From the NCBI GenBank assembly GCA_965219095.1, contig CBDCMT010000001.1, positions 1,107,262-1,171,261 of the forward strand: a stretch of 64,000 nucleotides of DNA. The letters are read 5' to 3'. This document shows positions 37,353-47,169 of the stretch, piece by piece. Position 1 is the first letter of the stretch. Each line of letters begins with the position of its first letter. Position numbers and translations under genes: made by a program. Under the pieces are notes generated by a model that saw only the letters and a list, made by a program, of their open reading frames with translations, was not told where the DNA came from and ran no database searches. Origin of the DNA: Bdellovibrionales bacterium (GTDB lineage: Bacteria > Bdellovibrionota > Bdellovibrionia > Bdellovibrionales > UBA1609).

Positions 37353-37568
37353 GCTGACTTTTTCATGGAGAAGAGAGTGGAACTACGCAATCCAAGTTTA
37401 AACATAAATATCTAAGTTATTTTTGCACAGATCCTAATGAAATATTTCAGGGTCACTGTGGTGCTTAAACTGGTGACTTTCTTTTTAATTTAAAGGAAAA
37501 AATTGAAGGAAAATGTATGACAATTTTTGTCACTTTTTTCTGTCATAACCATGAAACATCTTACATTA

Positions 37569-37642
37569 TATAGTGCTTCCGCTTAAGTTTTCAGGTTTTT
37601 TTTCTATAGAATCGACCGGAAAATCTAAGCGTATTCACTATA
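37569..37642. mobile_element. MITE related to IS630-like lineage A (copy 2)
   Basis: TATAGTGCTTCCGCTTAAGTTTTCAG...CCGGAAAATCTAAGCGTATTCACTATA. It has the same right arm as copy 1. Confidence 0.75.
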
Positions 37643-37653
37643 TTACAGTAGAT

Positions 37654-38383
37654 TATACCATTTCCAAAAATTAATTCGACATTTTTTTAACTCATTGCGT
37701 CCTGGCTTTTTGATAAAACTCTGTTAAATTTTTAGAGTGTCGAAAAAAGATTTAGTTACACAGATTCAAGGGTATAATTTTCTAGCTACTTACAAAGTAG
37801 AAAGAAGTGCCAACATCAAGACAAAATTATTGGCTTTGCAGCATATGCAAGAAGGAAAATCGATTCAAGAAACAGCAGGTATGGTTTTGTATCACCGTCA
37901 CAGTATCAAATCCTGGTTACAGTCTTTTTTTGTAGACTTTGATTACGAGGGATTGATAGATCGAGAAGGCAGAGGACGCAAGCCTCGTTTGCCAGTAACA
38001 GAAGAAGAGAGGTTCAAAATCAAGTTAGATGAAATTCAAGACAAAAGAGAGGGAGGAAGCATAGGAGCAAAGGGAATACAGAAACTTTTAGCAGATGAAT
38101 TTAACTGTTGCTATTCTCTTTCTGGGGTTTATGTTTCTTTAGACCGCCTTAATATTGTATGGATCAGTGGTCGTTCTCTTCATCCTAAAAGTTCATTAAG
38201 AAGCTATGGAACAGTTTAAGGAACATTTTCCAGAAGAGGTGGAGAAAATAAAAGAAAAGATTCAGACTCATAAAATAGAGATTTGGTGGCAGGATGAATG
38301 CAGAATAAGCTCAGCAAGGTTCTTTGAGCAGGATTTGGGCAAGAAAAGGCACACGGCCTAGAGTTGTGAGGCAAAGACAATTT
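37654..38383 (+). mobile_element. IS630-like lineage B element, 3'-truncated by ISL3
   Basis: Left terminus TATACCATTTCCAAAAATTAATTCGACAT at 37654. The coding sequence runs into the ISL3 terminus at 38384. Confidence 0.8.
37737..38380 (+). pseudogene. IS630-family transposase, frameshifted and truncated
   Basis: The HTH N-terminus (GTG start) continues in other frames as …IEIWWQDECRI… and …GTRPRVVRQRQF, typical of IS630. It is broken at about 38219 and cut at 38383. Confidence 0.75.
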
Positions 38384-39637
38384 GCCTCCTCAAAAGAATC
38401 TGTGGATTCCCGGAGGTTCTGGCAGTTTTCCAAGGTTATGATATAAGGCGATTTTTATAGCTTTAGAGGTTCTAAAGCCGTAAGATTTTCTCATAGTGAG
38501 TTTTACTTTGTTGTTTAAACCCTCTACAATCCCTGAGGAGAAGGCTTTTTTAGCCTTGAAGTAATTAAGAATAAGTAGCTTATGTCTTCGTATGGTTTTT
38601 GCTTCTCTTTTCATAGGTTCAATTTTTGAAAGCATGACTCGTCTCGTCCAACTGTCTATAAATTTACCAGCCCAAGTTGGTGAAACATAGGTCCATAACT
38701 GTCGGAAGTCTTCTTTTAAAAGATAACAGCGGATACTTTTTAAATTGTACTGTATTAAATGCCTTAATTTTACTTTTTCATAAGATTTTAAATTTTCTGC
38801 ATTTTTTAACAAGGGCCATCTAGCTTTTGTTAAAAGGGGTTCATACCCATCTTCTTTCATTTTTTTGTGTTCTGAAGCTCTCACTTCGTCTAAAGCCTTA
38901 TTGAGTCTTGCTACGATATGAAACCGATCTAATATATTCAAAGCTTGACTTGCCCTCTCCTTTATGACTTTTAAATAAGGCTTCCACATGTCAGAGCACA
39001 CAAACCGTATCTCTTTTGACTTCTCTCCTAGTAAATCAAAGAATTTTCTAAAACTCTTTTCTGTTCTTTTTTCTCCTATCCATAGCAAACAAACACTTTC
39101 TTTGCTTATTTCATAGACTAAGGTGAGATACTGATGGTTCTTTTTCCATTGTATCTCGTCGACTCCTATAGCATATATCCCCTTTAAAACCCTTTGTTTT
39201 AAACCATATTCTACGACCCATTCTACCGAAGCATAGACCTGATTCCAACTGACCTGAAACTTACAAGAAACCTCTTTCCAAGACAGGTGACGACACCAGT
39301 CTGCTAAGTACTTCATGTAAAAGATCGTTAAACTCTTCTTACCATCGGCCCAAGGTAAATACTCAACTTTTACCCCACAGCAAGGACAATTAACTCTTCT
39401 TACAAAATAAACAAAAAACACCCTGTAACTTAAAATAGGAAGGGATTCAAAGTCCCGTGATGATTTACTGCTGTCATACACTGAACAGGGCTTCTTACAA
39501 ACACTACAAAAAGCTTGGCCATTTTTACGAGCCTTAATAGGAACATTAATTGACTTTCTATCTTTTGAAAAATAAATGTCTCCGTATACAAAAGACTTCC
39601 ATCTTAAACAATCATTTAGTATAGTCTTCAAAAGCAT
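38384..39637 (-). mobile_element. ISL3-family element (E1). The 3' terminus is present; the 5' leader is replaced by an IS1634-like insertion.
   Basis: Terminus GCCTCCTCAAAAGAATCTGTGGATTCCCGGAGG at 38384. An IS1634-like terminal repeat begins 1 nt upstream of the transposase ATG (39638). Confidence 0.8.
38390..39637 (-). CDS. ISL3-family transposase
   Basis: 415 aa with an N-terminal zinc finger (CSVCKKPC…CPCCG), GVDEIQWKKNHQYLTLVYE and a C-terminal …LGKLPEPPGIHRFF that runs into the terminal repeat, as is common in ISL3. Confidence 0.9.
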   Translation of the reverse strand: MLLKTILNDCLRWKSFVYGDIYFSKDRKSINVPIKARKNGQAFCSVCKKPCSVYDSSKSSRDFESLPILSYRVFFVYFVRRVNCPCCGVKVEYLPWADGKKSLTIFYMKYLADWCRHLSWKEVSCKFQVSWNQVYASVEWVVEYGLKQRVLKGIYAIGVDEIQWKKNHQYLTLVYEISKESVCLLWIGEKRTEKSFRKFFDLLGEKSKEIRFVCSDMWKPYLKVIKERASQALNILDRFHIVARLNKALDEVRASEHKKMKEDGYEPLLTKARWPLLKNAENLKSYEKVKLRHLIQYNLKSIRCYLLKEDFRQLWTYVSPTWAGKFIDSWTRRVMLSKIEPMKREAKTIRRHKLLILNYFKAKKAFSSGIVEGLNNKVKLTMRKSYGFRTSKAIKIALYHNLGKLPEPPGIHRFF

Positions 39638-41488
39638 CCTGAGTTCGCCCTCAAGAAAGGATTAAATTTATAACTATTTGATTTCATTGGTATTTTTTTG
39701 CTTGACAACATAGTATGTCTTTAGTATGTTCATATTTATAGGGGGGGGATTATGTACATAACAAGTCCTAAACGCAAAAACGGTAGCACAGTGGTTCGTC
39801 TTGTGGAATCTTTTTGGAAAGAAGGCAAAGTAAAGAATCGCATTATCAAAACCATAGGACAATCTAAAGATTCCAAGATCGTAGAGAAATACAAACAAGA
39901 AGCTAAAAAGCTTCTTGAACAACATAAAAAGGGTCTTCTTTCACTTTCAAGCCTTTCAGAAAAGATTCCTATTGATCTCCTACGTTTCCAAGGTGAGAGA
40001 AGACATAACCATGGTTTTGAGGACATTTTCGGAACAGCATGGGAGGATTTAGGTTTTAAAGATTTAATAGAAACTGGAAGAAAAAAAGAGGCTATAAACC
40101 AAGTACTCCGTGAGGTGGTTTTTATGAGAGTTTTCTCTCCTTCAAGCAAGCTAAGAAGCTGTTCTCTAATAGAGAAGTTCTTTAGTAAACAAATATCTCA
40201 TAAACAGGTCTTGACTATGATGGATAGAGTTTTTAAAGAGGAGGATGTTTTGAGGCAAAAGGTTTTCGAATCTCTAGCATCCAAAGGTTCGGACTTTAAT
40301 GTTTTACTGTTTGATGTAACAACCCTATATTTTGAATCTACCATGCAGGGAGAATTAAGGGACTTTGGTTATAGCAAGGACGGAAAGTTTAATGAAACTC
40401 AAGTGGTTTTGGCTGTGCTAGCCAATACAGAGGGTTTGCCTTTAGCTTACGAGGTGTTTCCTGGTTGCACATCAGAGACCAAGACTTTGCAATTTGTTTT
40501 AAACCAAGCTGTAAAGAAGTATAAGGTAAAACGAATTCGTGTGGTGGCTGATAGAGCTATGTTTTCAGATAGCAATTTTAAGTTTTTTGAAAGTTTAAAT
40601 AAGAAAGGAATTGAGGCTGAGTATGTGGTATCCTGCCCTTTAAAGAAACTACCTAAAGAGAAAAAAGAAAAAATTTTTGAATTTAAAGAACTTAAAAAAG
40701 AGAGCCAAAATTCTGAAGTTTATGAGTTTTCCTACAAGAATCGCAAGGTATTTGTTTCTTACAGTGAAAAGCGGAGATTACAGGATGAAAAAAAACGACA
40801 AAGATTGTTAGAAAAACTCAAAAAAATTTGTAAAGACGGTAAAATTTCAGCCACTAAGTTAGTAAGTAATCGTGGGGTTCGAAAATACCTTAAAACTCTA
40901 AAAGGAAGTGTTCAGATAGATGCAGATAAAATCTTTCAGGACAGCCTTTGGGATGGCCTCTATGGAGTTTGCTCTAACATAGAATGTGAAACAAATAGGA
41001 AACCTTTAGAATTATACCGGTCACTTTGGAAAATTGAAGAACTGTTTCGTATTAACAAGCATACCTTGAAGATGCGTCCTATCTATCACAGACTCTCTGA
41101 AAGAATTAAATCTCATCTTTTTATTTGTTTTTTGGCTTACACTGTCTTGAAGTATGTAGAACTCTCTTTAAAAAAAGCTACTCTTCATTACAGCCTTAAT
41201 GAGCTTATTGATACTTTAAAAGAGGTTGAATCTTTTGTGATTGGAGACAAAATGAAAAAACCTTCTGTCTCCTATTTTGTCCCCAGAGCTTTATCCAAAG
41301 AAGCCAAACAGATTTATGCTGTATTTAAAAAAGATTACATAAAAAAACCTTTTCGCATAGAAAACTCTTCCTAAACTTAAAATAACCCATCTAAAACCTA
41401 GTATGTCTAAAATCTGGAGGCAATCCAGAAAAATCTAATATATTCAAATACTTATGAATTTTATCGTTTGTTAAAGGGCGAACTCAGG
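39638..41488 (+). mobile_element. IS1634-like element (D-a), complete
   Basis: 14-bp inverted termini CCTGAGTTCGCCCT (39638-39651) and AGGGCGAACTCAGG (41475-41488) enclose an intact 540-aa transposase gene. Confidence 0.8.
39752..41374 (+). CDS. IS1634-family (IS4-superfamily DDE) transposase
   Basis: 540 aa. N-terminus MYITSPKRKNGSTVVRLVESFWKEGKVKNRIIKTIG. DDE region with LFDVTTLYFES, VVADRAMFS and YRSLWKIEELFRINKH. Confidence 0.85.
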   Translation: MYITSPKRKNGSTVVRLVESFWKEGKVKNRIIKTIGQSKDSKIVEKYKQEAKKLLEQHKKGLLSLSSLSEKIPIDLLRFQGERRHNHGFEDIFGTAWEDLGFKDLIETGRKKEAINQVLREVVFMRVFSPSSKLRSCSLIEKFFSKQISHKQVLTMMDRVFKEEDVLRQKVFESLASKGSDFNVLLFDVTTLYFESTMQGELRDFGYSKDGKFNETQVVLAVLANTEGLPLAYEVFPGCTSETKTLQFVLNQAVKKYKVKRIRVVADRAMFSDSNFKFFESLNKKGIEAEYVVSCPLKKLPKEKKEKIFEFKELKKESQNSEVYEFSYKNRKVFVSYSEKRRLQDEKKRQRLLEKLKKICKDGKISATKLVSNRGVRKYLKTLKGSVQIDADKIFQDSLWDGLYGVCSNIECETNRKPLELYRSLWKIEELFRINKHTLKMRPIYHRLSERIKSHLFICFLAYTVLKYVELSLKKATLHYSLNELIDTLKEVESFVIGDKMKKPSVSYFVPRALSKEAKQIYAVFKKDYIKKPFRIENSS

Positions 41489-41806
41489 AAAAATTGTTAG
41501 GTTTTTCTTCCCATCTGCCCAAGGTAAATACTCAACTTTTACTCCACAGCAAGAACAATTAACTCTTCTTACAAAATAAACAAAAAACACCCTGTAACTT
41601 AAAATAGGAAGGGATTCAAAGTCCCGTGATGATTTACTGCTGTCATACACTGAACAGGGCTTCTTACAAACACTACAAAAAGCTTGGCCATTTTTACGAG
41701 CCTTAATAGGAACATTAATTGACTTTCTATCTTTTGAAAAATAAATGTCTCCGTATACAAAAGACTTCCATCTTAAACAATCATTTAGTATAGTCTTCAA
41801 AAGCAT
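41471..41806 (-). pseudogene. ISL3-family transposase, N-terminal ~105-aa fragment
   Basis: The first 104 residues are nearly identical to 38390-39637. The last residues (PEFAL) come from the IS1634-like terminal repeat. Confidence 0.85.
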
Positions 41807-42088
41807 CTCTTCCCTCCTTTTTTTTTTTTTTGAATAACATTTTAAGGCATCTGGGAAGTAGGTGCTTCTTTTTTAAAATTTTAATGTAATACAGCAAATA
41901 AAAGCAAATAAAATGAATGTTTTTGAGTTCAATCACCGGAGGTGATAGAGGCCAGTAAGGGCCTCAAAGAACTCAAAAATACAAGATAGGATGTCTTACT
42001 ACTCTTACTTTGATTAATATGAGCCTTTTTGGGGGATTTCTAGCTACTTTTCACCCACAGATTTCCGGAAGGAGCCGACAATTTTTAT
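41489..42088 (-). mobile_element. ISL3-family element (E2), 5' portion with leader and probable left terminus
   Basis: Homology to E1 resumes at 41489, equivalent to about 39324 in E1. A probable terminus, CACCCACAGATTTCCGGAAGGAGCC near 42052-42076, shares ATCTGTGGGT with the other end. Confidence 0.65.
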
Positions 42089-43764
42089 CCACGCTAAAAA
42101 TGATCACTACTGGTTTTCATTTCTCTGAGAAGTTTTTTGTCAATAGCCTTTATGATATTTTCTTGAATTTTGCTTAGAGCAACTGTTCGAGACATTTGAA
42201 TTTTTTTCTTTTTATCAGAAAAATAAACTTTGTACAGGTTCTCTAGCTCTTTTAATGCTTGAATTGGCGAAATATCCAAATTGTAGAGATGCAACTTTAA
42301 TACGGAAAGCAGAAGATAAGATAAATAACAAATAAAAACATGAGCCACTACTCTGTTGCAAAGCCAGTGTCGCACAGGATTTAAATTTGTAACTCCTTTT
42401 AAAATTCTGAAAGCTCTTTCTACGACATCTTTATCAAAATAAAATTTGACCATATCTTTACCAGAAATATTCTTTGTAGAAAATATACAGGAGTACCCAT
42501 CAAATTCTTCTGCTTTTTTCAGTTCCCGATCCTTGATCTTTCCTGTGGGAGTTAGATATTTTTTCAGCCCCTCCTTAATGGACTTGTTTTGAGATAGACA
42601 GTTTTGAGCAGCAACTATCTCATCATATCTCGCCTCTCGAATTGTATCCTTTCTTTTATGGTTGTAGCAGATTGCCAGTTTTCCTTTAACTTGGCCAAAT
42701 GTATAATTCATGCTTTTAACGTAAAAAGTATTCTTGTTCAAAATTACCCTATTTGAAACGTTTACTATAGAACCGGACTTTAAAAAATTTCGTACTGTCT
42801 TCTTTTCAACCTCTCTCATAGGAATTCCGCACAATGTATTCCAACCCAATCCCCCTATGTGAGAAAGGTTTTTAGACGATGCTATGCCTCGATCATACAC
42901 CAATAGGCCAGAACGAAGATTGTATTCTGAAAAACTACTAACAAGTGCCGTCAATGTCCTGCTATCGTGAATGTTACCCTTAAAGGTCTTGTGAAAAACA
43001 GGAATCCCTTCTTCTTGAGTTACAGCAAGACCTATCTGAATCAGAGGACTCTTCCTTTTCCCATCTTTGCTGTACCCTGGGTTACCTAGTTGACATTTAC
43101 TTCCATAAAAATAAGTGTTAGTAACATCATAGACAATTTTATTAGATGATAACTTGTATTCTTTTTTAACATTTTCAAAAATACGTTTCTGCAAAGATGG
43201 AGCCTTGGATTCGTTAAGCTGATCGAGAGCTGAAAAAAGCCTTCTTTCAGTCAGCCCATCTAAGTTTAAAATGCTGTTTAAATCTGTTCGTTCATACCAT
43301 GATGGCATATTATTGACGCTTCTGTAATCCAAGCAATGAGCATAGACCATACTTAGTATTTCATCTGAATAATTGCCAAGAACTTCGGGAAGACCAACTT
43401 TTTTTGCAAGGGCATGAAGAACAATCAAGGGACCACTGATCTTAACTTTATCGAATTGAATGTTCTCGGAAGATATAGAGATAACACGCTTATGATTCAC
43501 TTCCTTTCCAAGATATCTCAAGTACTTCTGTACGACCTTGCCCTTGACCCGGACATTTTTCACCTCTGCTAAATAAGTGCTGCCTCCTCTTTTAATCTTC
43601 TTTATAAAACTCATAGTAGTTACCATTATGGTAACTACTTAAAAATAGAAGGGCAAGAGCTTTTCACAGAAAAAAAGGGCAATAAGCCCATTTTTACTGG
43701 AAAACTTCCATCTTATGGAACTTATCTTACTGTTAGAGCAATGTAGTGATCATTTTTAGCGTGG
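42089..43764 (-). mobile_element. IS1634-like element (D-b), complete
   Basis: Perfect 22-bp inverted repeats CCACGCTAAAAATGATCACTAC (42089-42110) and GTAGTGATCATTTTTAGCGTGG (43743-43764). Confidence 0.85.
42094..43626 (-). CDS. IS1634-family (IS4-superfamily DDE) transposase
   Basis: 510 aa. N-terminus …FIKKIKRGGSTYLAEVKNVRVKGKVVQKYLRYLGKE. Also YDVTNTYFYG, LVYDRGIAS and FRILKGVTNLNPVRH. Confidence 0.85.
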   Translation of the reverse strand: MVTTMSFIKKIKRGGSTYLAEVKNVRVKGKVVQKYLRYLGKEVNHKRVISISSENIQFDKVKISGPLIVLHALAKKVGLPEVLGNYSDEILSMVYAHCLDYRSVNNMPSWYERTDLNSILNLDGLTERRLFSALDQLNESKAPSLQKRIFENVKKEYKLSSNKIVYDVTNTYFYGSKCQLGNPGYSKDGKRKSPLIQIGLAVTQEEGIPVFHKTFKGNIHDSRTLTALVSSFSEYNLRSGLLVYDRGIASSKNLSHIGGLGWNTLCGIPMREVEKKTVRNFLKSGSIVNVSNRVILNKNTFYVKSMNYTFGQVKGKLAICYNHKRKDTIREARYDEIVAAQNCLSQNKSIKEGLKKYLTPTGKIKDRELKKAEEFDGYSCIFSTKNISGKDMVKFYFDKDVVERAFRILKGVTNLNPVRHWLCNRVVAHVFICYLSYLLLSVLKLHLYNLDISPIQALKELENLYKVYFSDKKKKIQMSRTVALSKIQENIIKAIDKKLLREMKTSSDHF

Positions 43765-43782
43765 AATTTGGGTAAATTAATT

Positions 43783-44028
43783 AAATTAAATTGTGTAACT
43801 GATTTTTGTCATTTTAAATTTTAACCTCACTTTTTTACACTTATTTTAACCCATCAATCAATTCACACAACAAATAGATATACCTGAAATAAACTTATCT
43901 TATGAAAACTTAAACTCACCTTAAAAGAAGTTTTTTTAAAACCTCCTAACTGAAACTTTTCCTTAAGTCAATTTTAAAATTTTAAATTTGAACATGAAAA
44001 TGTCGAATTAATTTCTGTAATTGGTATA
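43783..44028 (+). repeat. ~245-bp non-coding repeat, copy 2
   Basis: Aligns with 6504-6748 and has the same terminal ATGTCGAATTAATTTCTGTAATTGGTATA. Confidence 0.7.
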
Positions 44029-44075
44029 AACTTTCACAAAAATACAGGCTTAATCGAAAAAAAGGGGAAACACAC

Positions 44076-44204
44076 CCTTTGAGGCCTTAAAAACCAGGCC
44101 AGCTAAAGGGTTTAGAATTTGTCTCGAAAAGCTCACCTCCTTCTGCAAGTACTTTAGGGTCACTATCATGGCTTAAACCAGTGACCTGTCTTTTTGATTT
44201 ACCG
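44076..44204 (-). mobile_element. IS110-family left-end (leader) fragment
   Basis: Aligns with 31905-32033 and with the reverse complement of 61521-61650. It ends in ...CTTTTTGATTTACCG. Confidence 0.75.
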
Positions 44205-44226
44205 TTATATGATCTGACAGTTACCC
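44205..44226 (-). repeat. Fragment of the IS481 right-terminal repeat, fused to the IS110 leader
   Basis: TTATATGATCTGACAGTTACCC matches 1105-1127. Confidence 0.75.
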
Positions 44227-44419
44227 TTTTATATTATACGAAGTAAATTCTGATATCTTGGAGATTTAGGTTTAATGAGAAGAAAGTGTAGATTGGATGA
44301 TTTTTTGACTGGCCGCACTGTTTCTTGGTAAATGAACATAGATGAAGTAAAAACTGTCTAATGGCTTTTAGAATGGTTTTTGAAGATGGCAACAAAAAGC
44401 TCTGCTATAGAATTTTTTA

Positions 44420-44974
44420 ATGAATGATTCAGTCGAAAAAGTAAAACTTTCTTTCTGGTCTTTACTAGTTTGGATTTTTGTTGCTAGTTTATTTCGTTTA
44501 ATTCCCCACCCCCCTAACTTTACTCCTCTTTTGTCTATAGCTTTATTAGGAGGAGTATATTTTGAAAAAAAGACTTTTAGTTTTTTGCTTACTTTTTTAG
44601 TTATTTTTTTAACGGATCTCATTATAGGACTGCATTCTTTAATATGGGCTGTTTATTTATCGCTAACCTTTATTATTTGCATGGGATTTTTTCTAAGAAA
44701 AAAAGTAGGGATAATTTCTGTTTTATTGATATCTTGCCTTTCTTCTGTTGTGTTTTTCTTAATTACAAATTTTGGCGTTTGGTTAACATATGATATGTAC
44801 TCTAAAACTTTTTCTGGTTTGATGGCATGCTATGTAGTAGCTTTACCGTTTTTCCATAATACTTTGTTAAGTTGCTTGTTTTACTCTTCTGTTTTGTTTT
44901 TTAGTTTTTCCTTTTTTAGACGAAAAGTTCTAATTTTAAACACTCAAAAGTCCCTACATTCATTAAATAATTGA
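44420..44974 (+). CDS. Polytopic membrane protein (possibly DUF6580-like)
   Basis: 184 aa with about 5-6 hydrophobic helices. The motif RLIPHPPNFTPLLSIALLGG recalls the DUF6580 putative transporter family, from memory only. Confidence 0.5.
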   Translation: MNDSVEKVKLSFWSLLVWIFVASLFRLIPHPPNFTPLLSIALLGGVYFEKKTFSFLLTFLVIFLTDLIIGLHSLIWAVYLSLTFIICMGFFLRKKVGIISVLLISCLSSVVFFLITNFGVWLTYDMYSKTFSGLMACYVVALPFFHNTLLSCLFYSSVLFFSFSFFRRKVLILNTQKSLHSLNN

Positions 44975-44993
44975 TAATATTTCTTACAAACAA

Positions 44994-46036
44994 TATAGTG
45001 CTTCCGCTTAGGTTTTCAGTTTTTTTTGAGTTGAGGTCTAGTTTTTATTCTAAGGCCTTGATAAAAAATCATTTATTTTTAAAAATAGTTTCATATGTCA
45101 GGGTTTCTATCAAAAAAAGAGCGAAAAGATTTACTCTATGAACTATCTCTAGAGAAAAATCTTAAATACGTAAAAAGGATTATGACAATTCTCCATTTAG
45201 ATAAAGGTGAGTTGTGTAAAGATATTTCCCGTTTTCTTTTCATTGATGAGGGCACGATAAGAGCCTGTAGAAATCGTTATAACAAAGGCGGGATAGAGTG
45301 TTTAATCAACGACAATTACAATCCTAAAAGGTCCTTTTTAACTAAGAAAGAGGAGAAAATGCTTTTAAAGGAATTAGAGAAAAGAATTTTTCCATCATCA
45401 CAGGCCCTTATTCAGTTCATTGAGGAGAATTTTGGTGTTACGTACTTTAACAAGTGGTGTAATTGATCTTCTCCATCGCCTTGGTTTTTCTTATAAAAAA
45501 GCCACAGCGATACCGAGTAAGGTAAAGAAAGAAAAGCAGGAAAAGTTTGTGCGTAAATACAAGAGAATTAAGAAGAAAGACGGTCCTGTTTACTTTGCTG
45601 ATTCCACACATCCTGAGTGGGGCCCTACGATTTCATATGGTTGGATAAGAGAGGGTAAGAAGTTTGAAGTGAAGACCAATTCAGGCTGGAGAAAAAGAGT
45701 GAATGTTTGTGAAGCTATTGAGATCAATAGTTTGAAGACGATAGTCAGGAGTTATAAGACAGTTAACGAAGTTTTTCTATGTGATATGCTCTATCATATT
45801 CATTAAGAAGTATTCCGATGAAAAAGAGATTCATCTTATCTTAGATGGGGCCGGATACAATAGATCGAAGTCTGTCAAGAAGTTAGCAAAAGAGTTGAAT
45901 ATAAAACTTGTTTATCTTCCTCCGTACTCACCGAATTTAAATCCTATAGAAAGGCTTTGGAAGTTTATGAAAAAAGAGGTCACGGCGAATCGATATTATG
46001 AAAACTATGACGATTTCAAGGGAAGTTTAAGTCAAT
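44994..46036 (+). mobile_element. IS630-like lineage A element, second copy, 3'-truncated
   Basis: The left terminus TATAGTGCTTCCGCTTAGG at 44994 lies 20 bp after the stop of the membrane protein gene. Homology to 32186-33327 ends at 46036. Confidence 0.8.
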
Positions 46037-46038
46037 AA
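45095..46038 (+). pseudogene. IS630-family transposase, same three-frame partition as 32287-33305, and truncated
   Basis: ORFs 45095-45466, 45420-45806 and 45781-46038 are nearly identical to the first copy. Confidence 0.8.
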
Positions 46039-46175
46039 AAAATGGAAAGGAAATGCAGGAAGTTTTTTCTTAGGTGATTAGAATATTCGTGACCGTATGC
46101 AAAAAAAAATTTTTATATTTTTTGTAAATGGAGAAGTGTTTTTTCTTGACATACTTTTTGATAGATACTCTAAAG

Positions 46176-46637
46176 TGTAATAGTCGCAACTTAATCTGAC
46201 ACGTCTCGAAATGTCAAAGAGATGAAAAGAGGTTACCCTTTTAAATAAACAATACCACCCCAAAGGGTGGAGAAAGGATAACAAAAATGACATATCAAGA
46301 AAGAATTATAAAATCAAAAGTAGGTCTTTTGCAATTAGCAGAAGAGTTAGGCAATGTATCTCAAGCTTGTAAGGTGATGGGCTTTTCAAGAGATACATTT
46401 TATCGTTACAAGACACTCAAAGAGGAAGGAGGTTTAGAATCATTAAGAGAGCAAAGTCGTAGAAAGCCTAATTTAAAAAACAGAGTTGATCAAACGACAG
46501 AAGAGGCTTGTTTAAGGATCGCTATAGAACTTCCTGCCTATGGACAGTTGAGAGCGTCCAATGAGTTAAGGAAAAAAGGAATTTTTATTTCTCCTGCAGG
46601 AGTTAGAGGGGTCTGGCTGAGAAATAATTTAGAGACT
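46176..46637 (+). mobile_element. IS481-family element, copy A3, left 462 bp only
   Basis: Left terminus TGTAATAGTCGCAACTTAATCTGACA at 46176. Homology ends at ...AATAATTTAGAGACT (46637), where the hairpin unit starts. Confidence 0.85.
46287..46637 (+). pseudogene. IS481-family transposase, N-terminal 117 codons
   Basis: Identical to the start of 30231-31274. The track ORF (to 46727) continues into the hairpin and antisense IS66 sequence. Confidence 0.85.
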
Positions 46638-46680
46638 GATCTTCCCCCAAAAAAGTGGACAGTTTTTTGGGGGAAGATCA
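46638..46680. repeat. Perfect hairpin between the IS481 and IS66 fragments (17-bp stem, 8-nt loop)
   Basis: GATCTTCCCCCAAAAAA GTGGACAG TTTTTTGGGGGAAGATC followed by A. Confidence 0.85.
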
Positions 46681-47169
46681 CCACTCATACCTTTAGGAAA
46701 TTGACCTTTATTTCTAGCTCCACATGAGGGACAATCCTTAACTTCAGAAGTTACAGTATGGGTTTGAATTTCATAAAAAATATCAATCTTTTTACGCTTT
46801 TCAAGGCTTTTTACCTCTGCTGTCTTTAAACACATCCCACACTGAGAACACTCTGAGGGAGAGACAGTCTCCTCACTGTTTGTATCTTTACTGTTATAAA
46901 GTCTAGAGCCCCTTTTTCTGACTCCCACTAGCTTTCTTATTACGATTCCCTTGACGACTAAAATCTTGCGAAGGAGGAAGACCGCTGTTGCTGGAATTTT
47001 TTCGAACCTGTTTTTCTAAAAGCACAACAATCAGAATGTTCACAACCTTAAAGAGAGATTCAAAAACCACAGAAATCTCAGTAGGCACAGAACCTTTCTT
47101 TGCAAGCTTATCAAAGTCACTTCTTATATTTTCAATCTCATTTCTGATGGAGGTCTTATTTATTGTCAT
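46681..47169 (-). pseudogene. IS66-family transposase N-terminal part, frameshifted
   Basis: Track ORFs 46903-47169 and 46629-46928 together match residues 1-160 of 50447-51082, including the CPSCG zinc finger. Confidence 0.8.

Noticed and set aside
37074-37415. 113-aa plus-strand ORF
   Set aside because: It runs antisense through the hsdR remnant and then through the MITE, so it is an artefact of AT-rich sequence.
39674-40149. Minus-strand ORFs 39674-39925 and 39736-40149
   Set aside because: They are antisense to the leader and 5' part of the IS1634-like transposase gene. No independent support exists.
44230-44419. Possible cobalamin riboswitch upstream of the DUF6580-like membrane protein
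   Set aside because: Only GCCGCACTG vaguely resembles the B12-box region. I could not recognise the other conserved elements by eye. An Infernal scan is needed before any claim.
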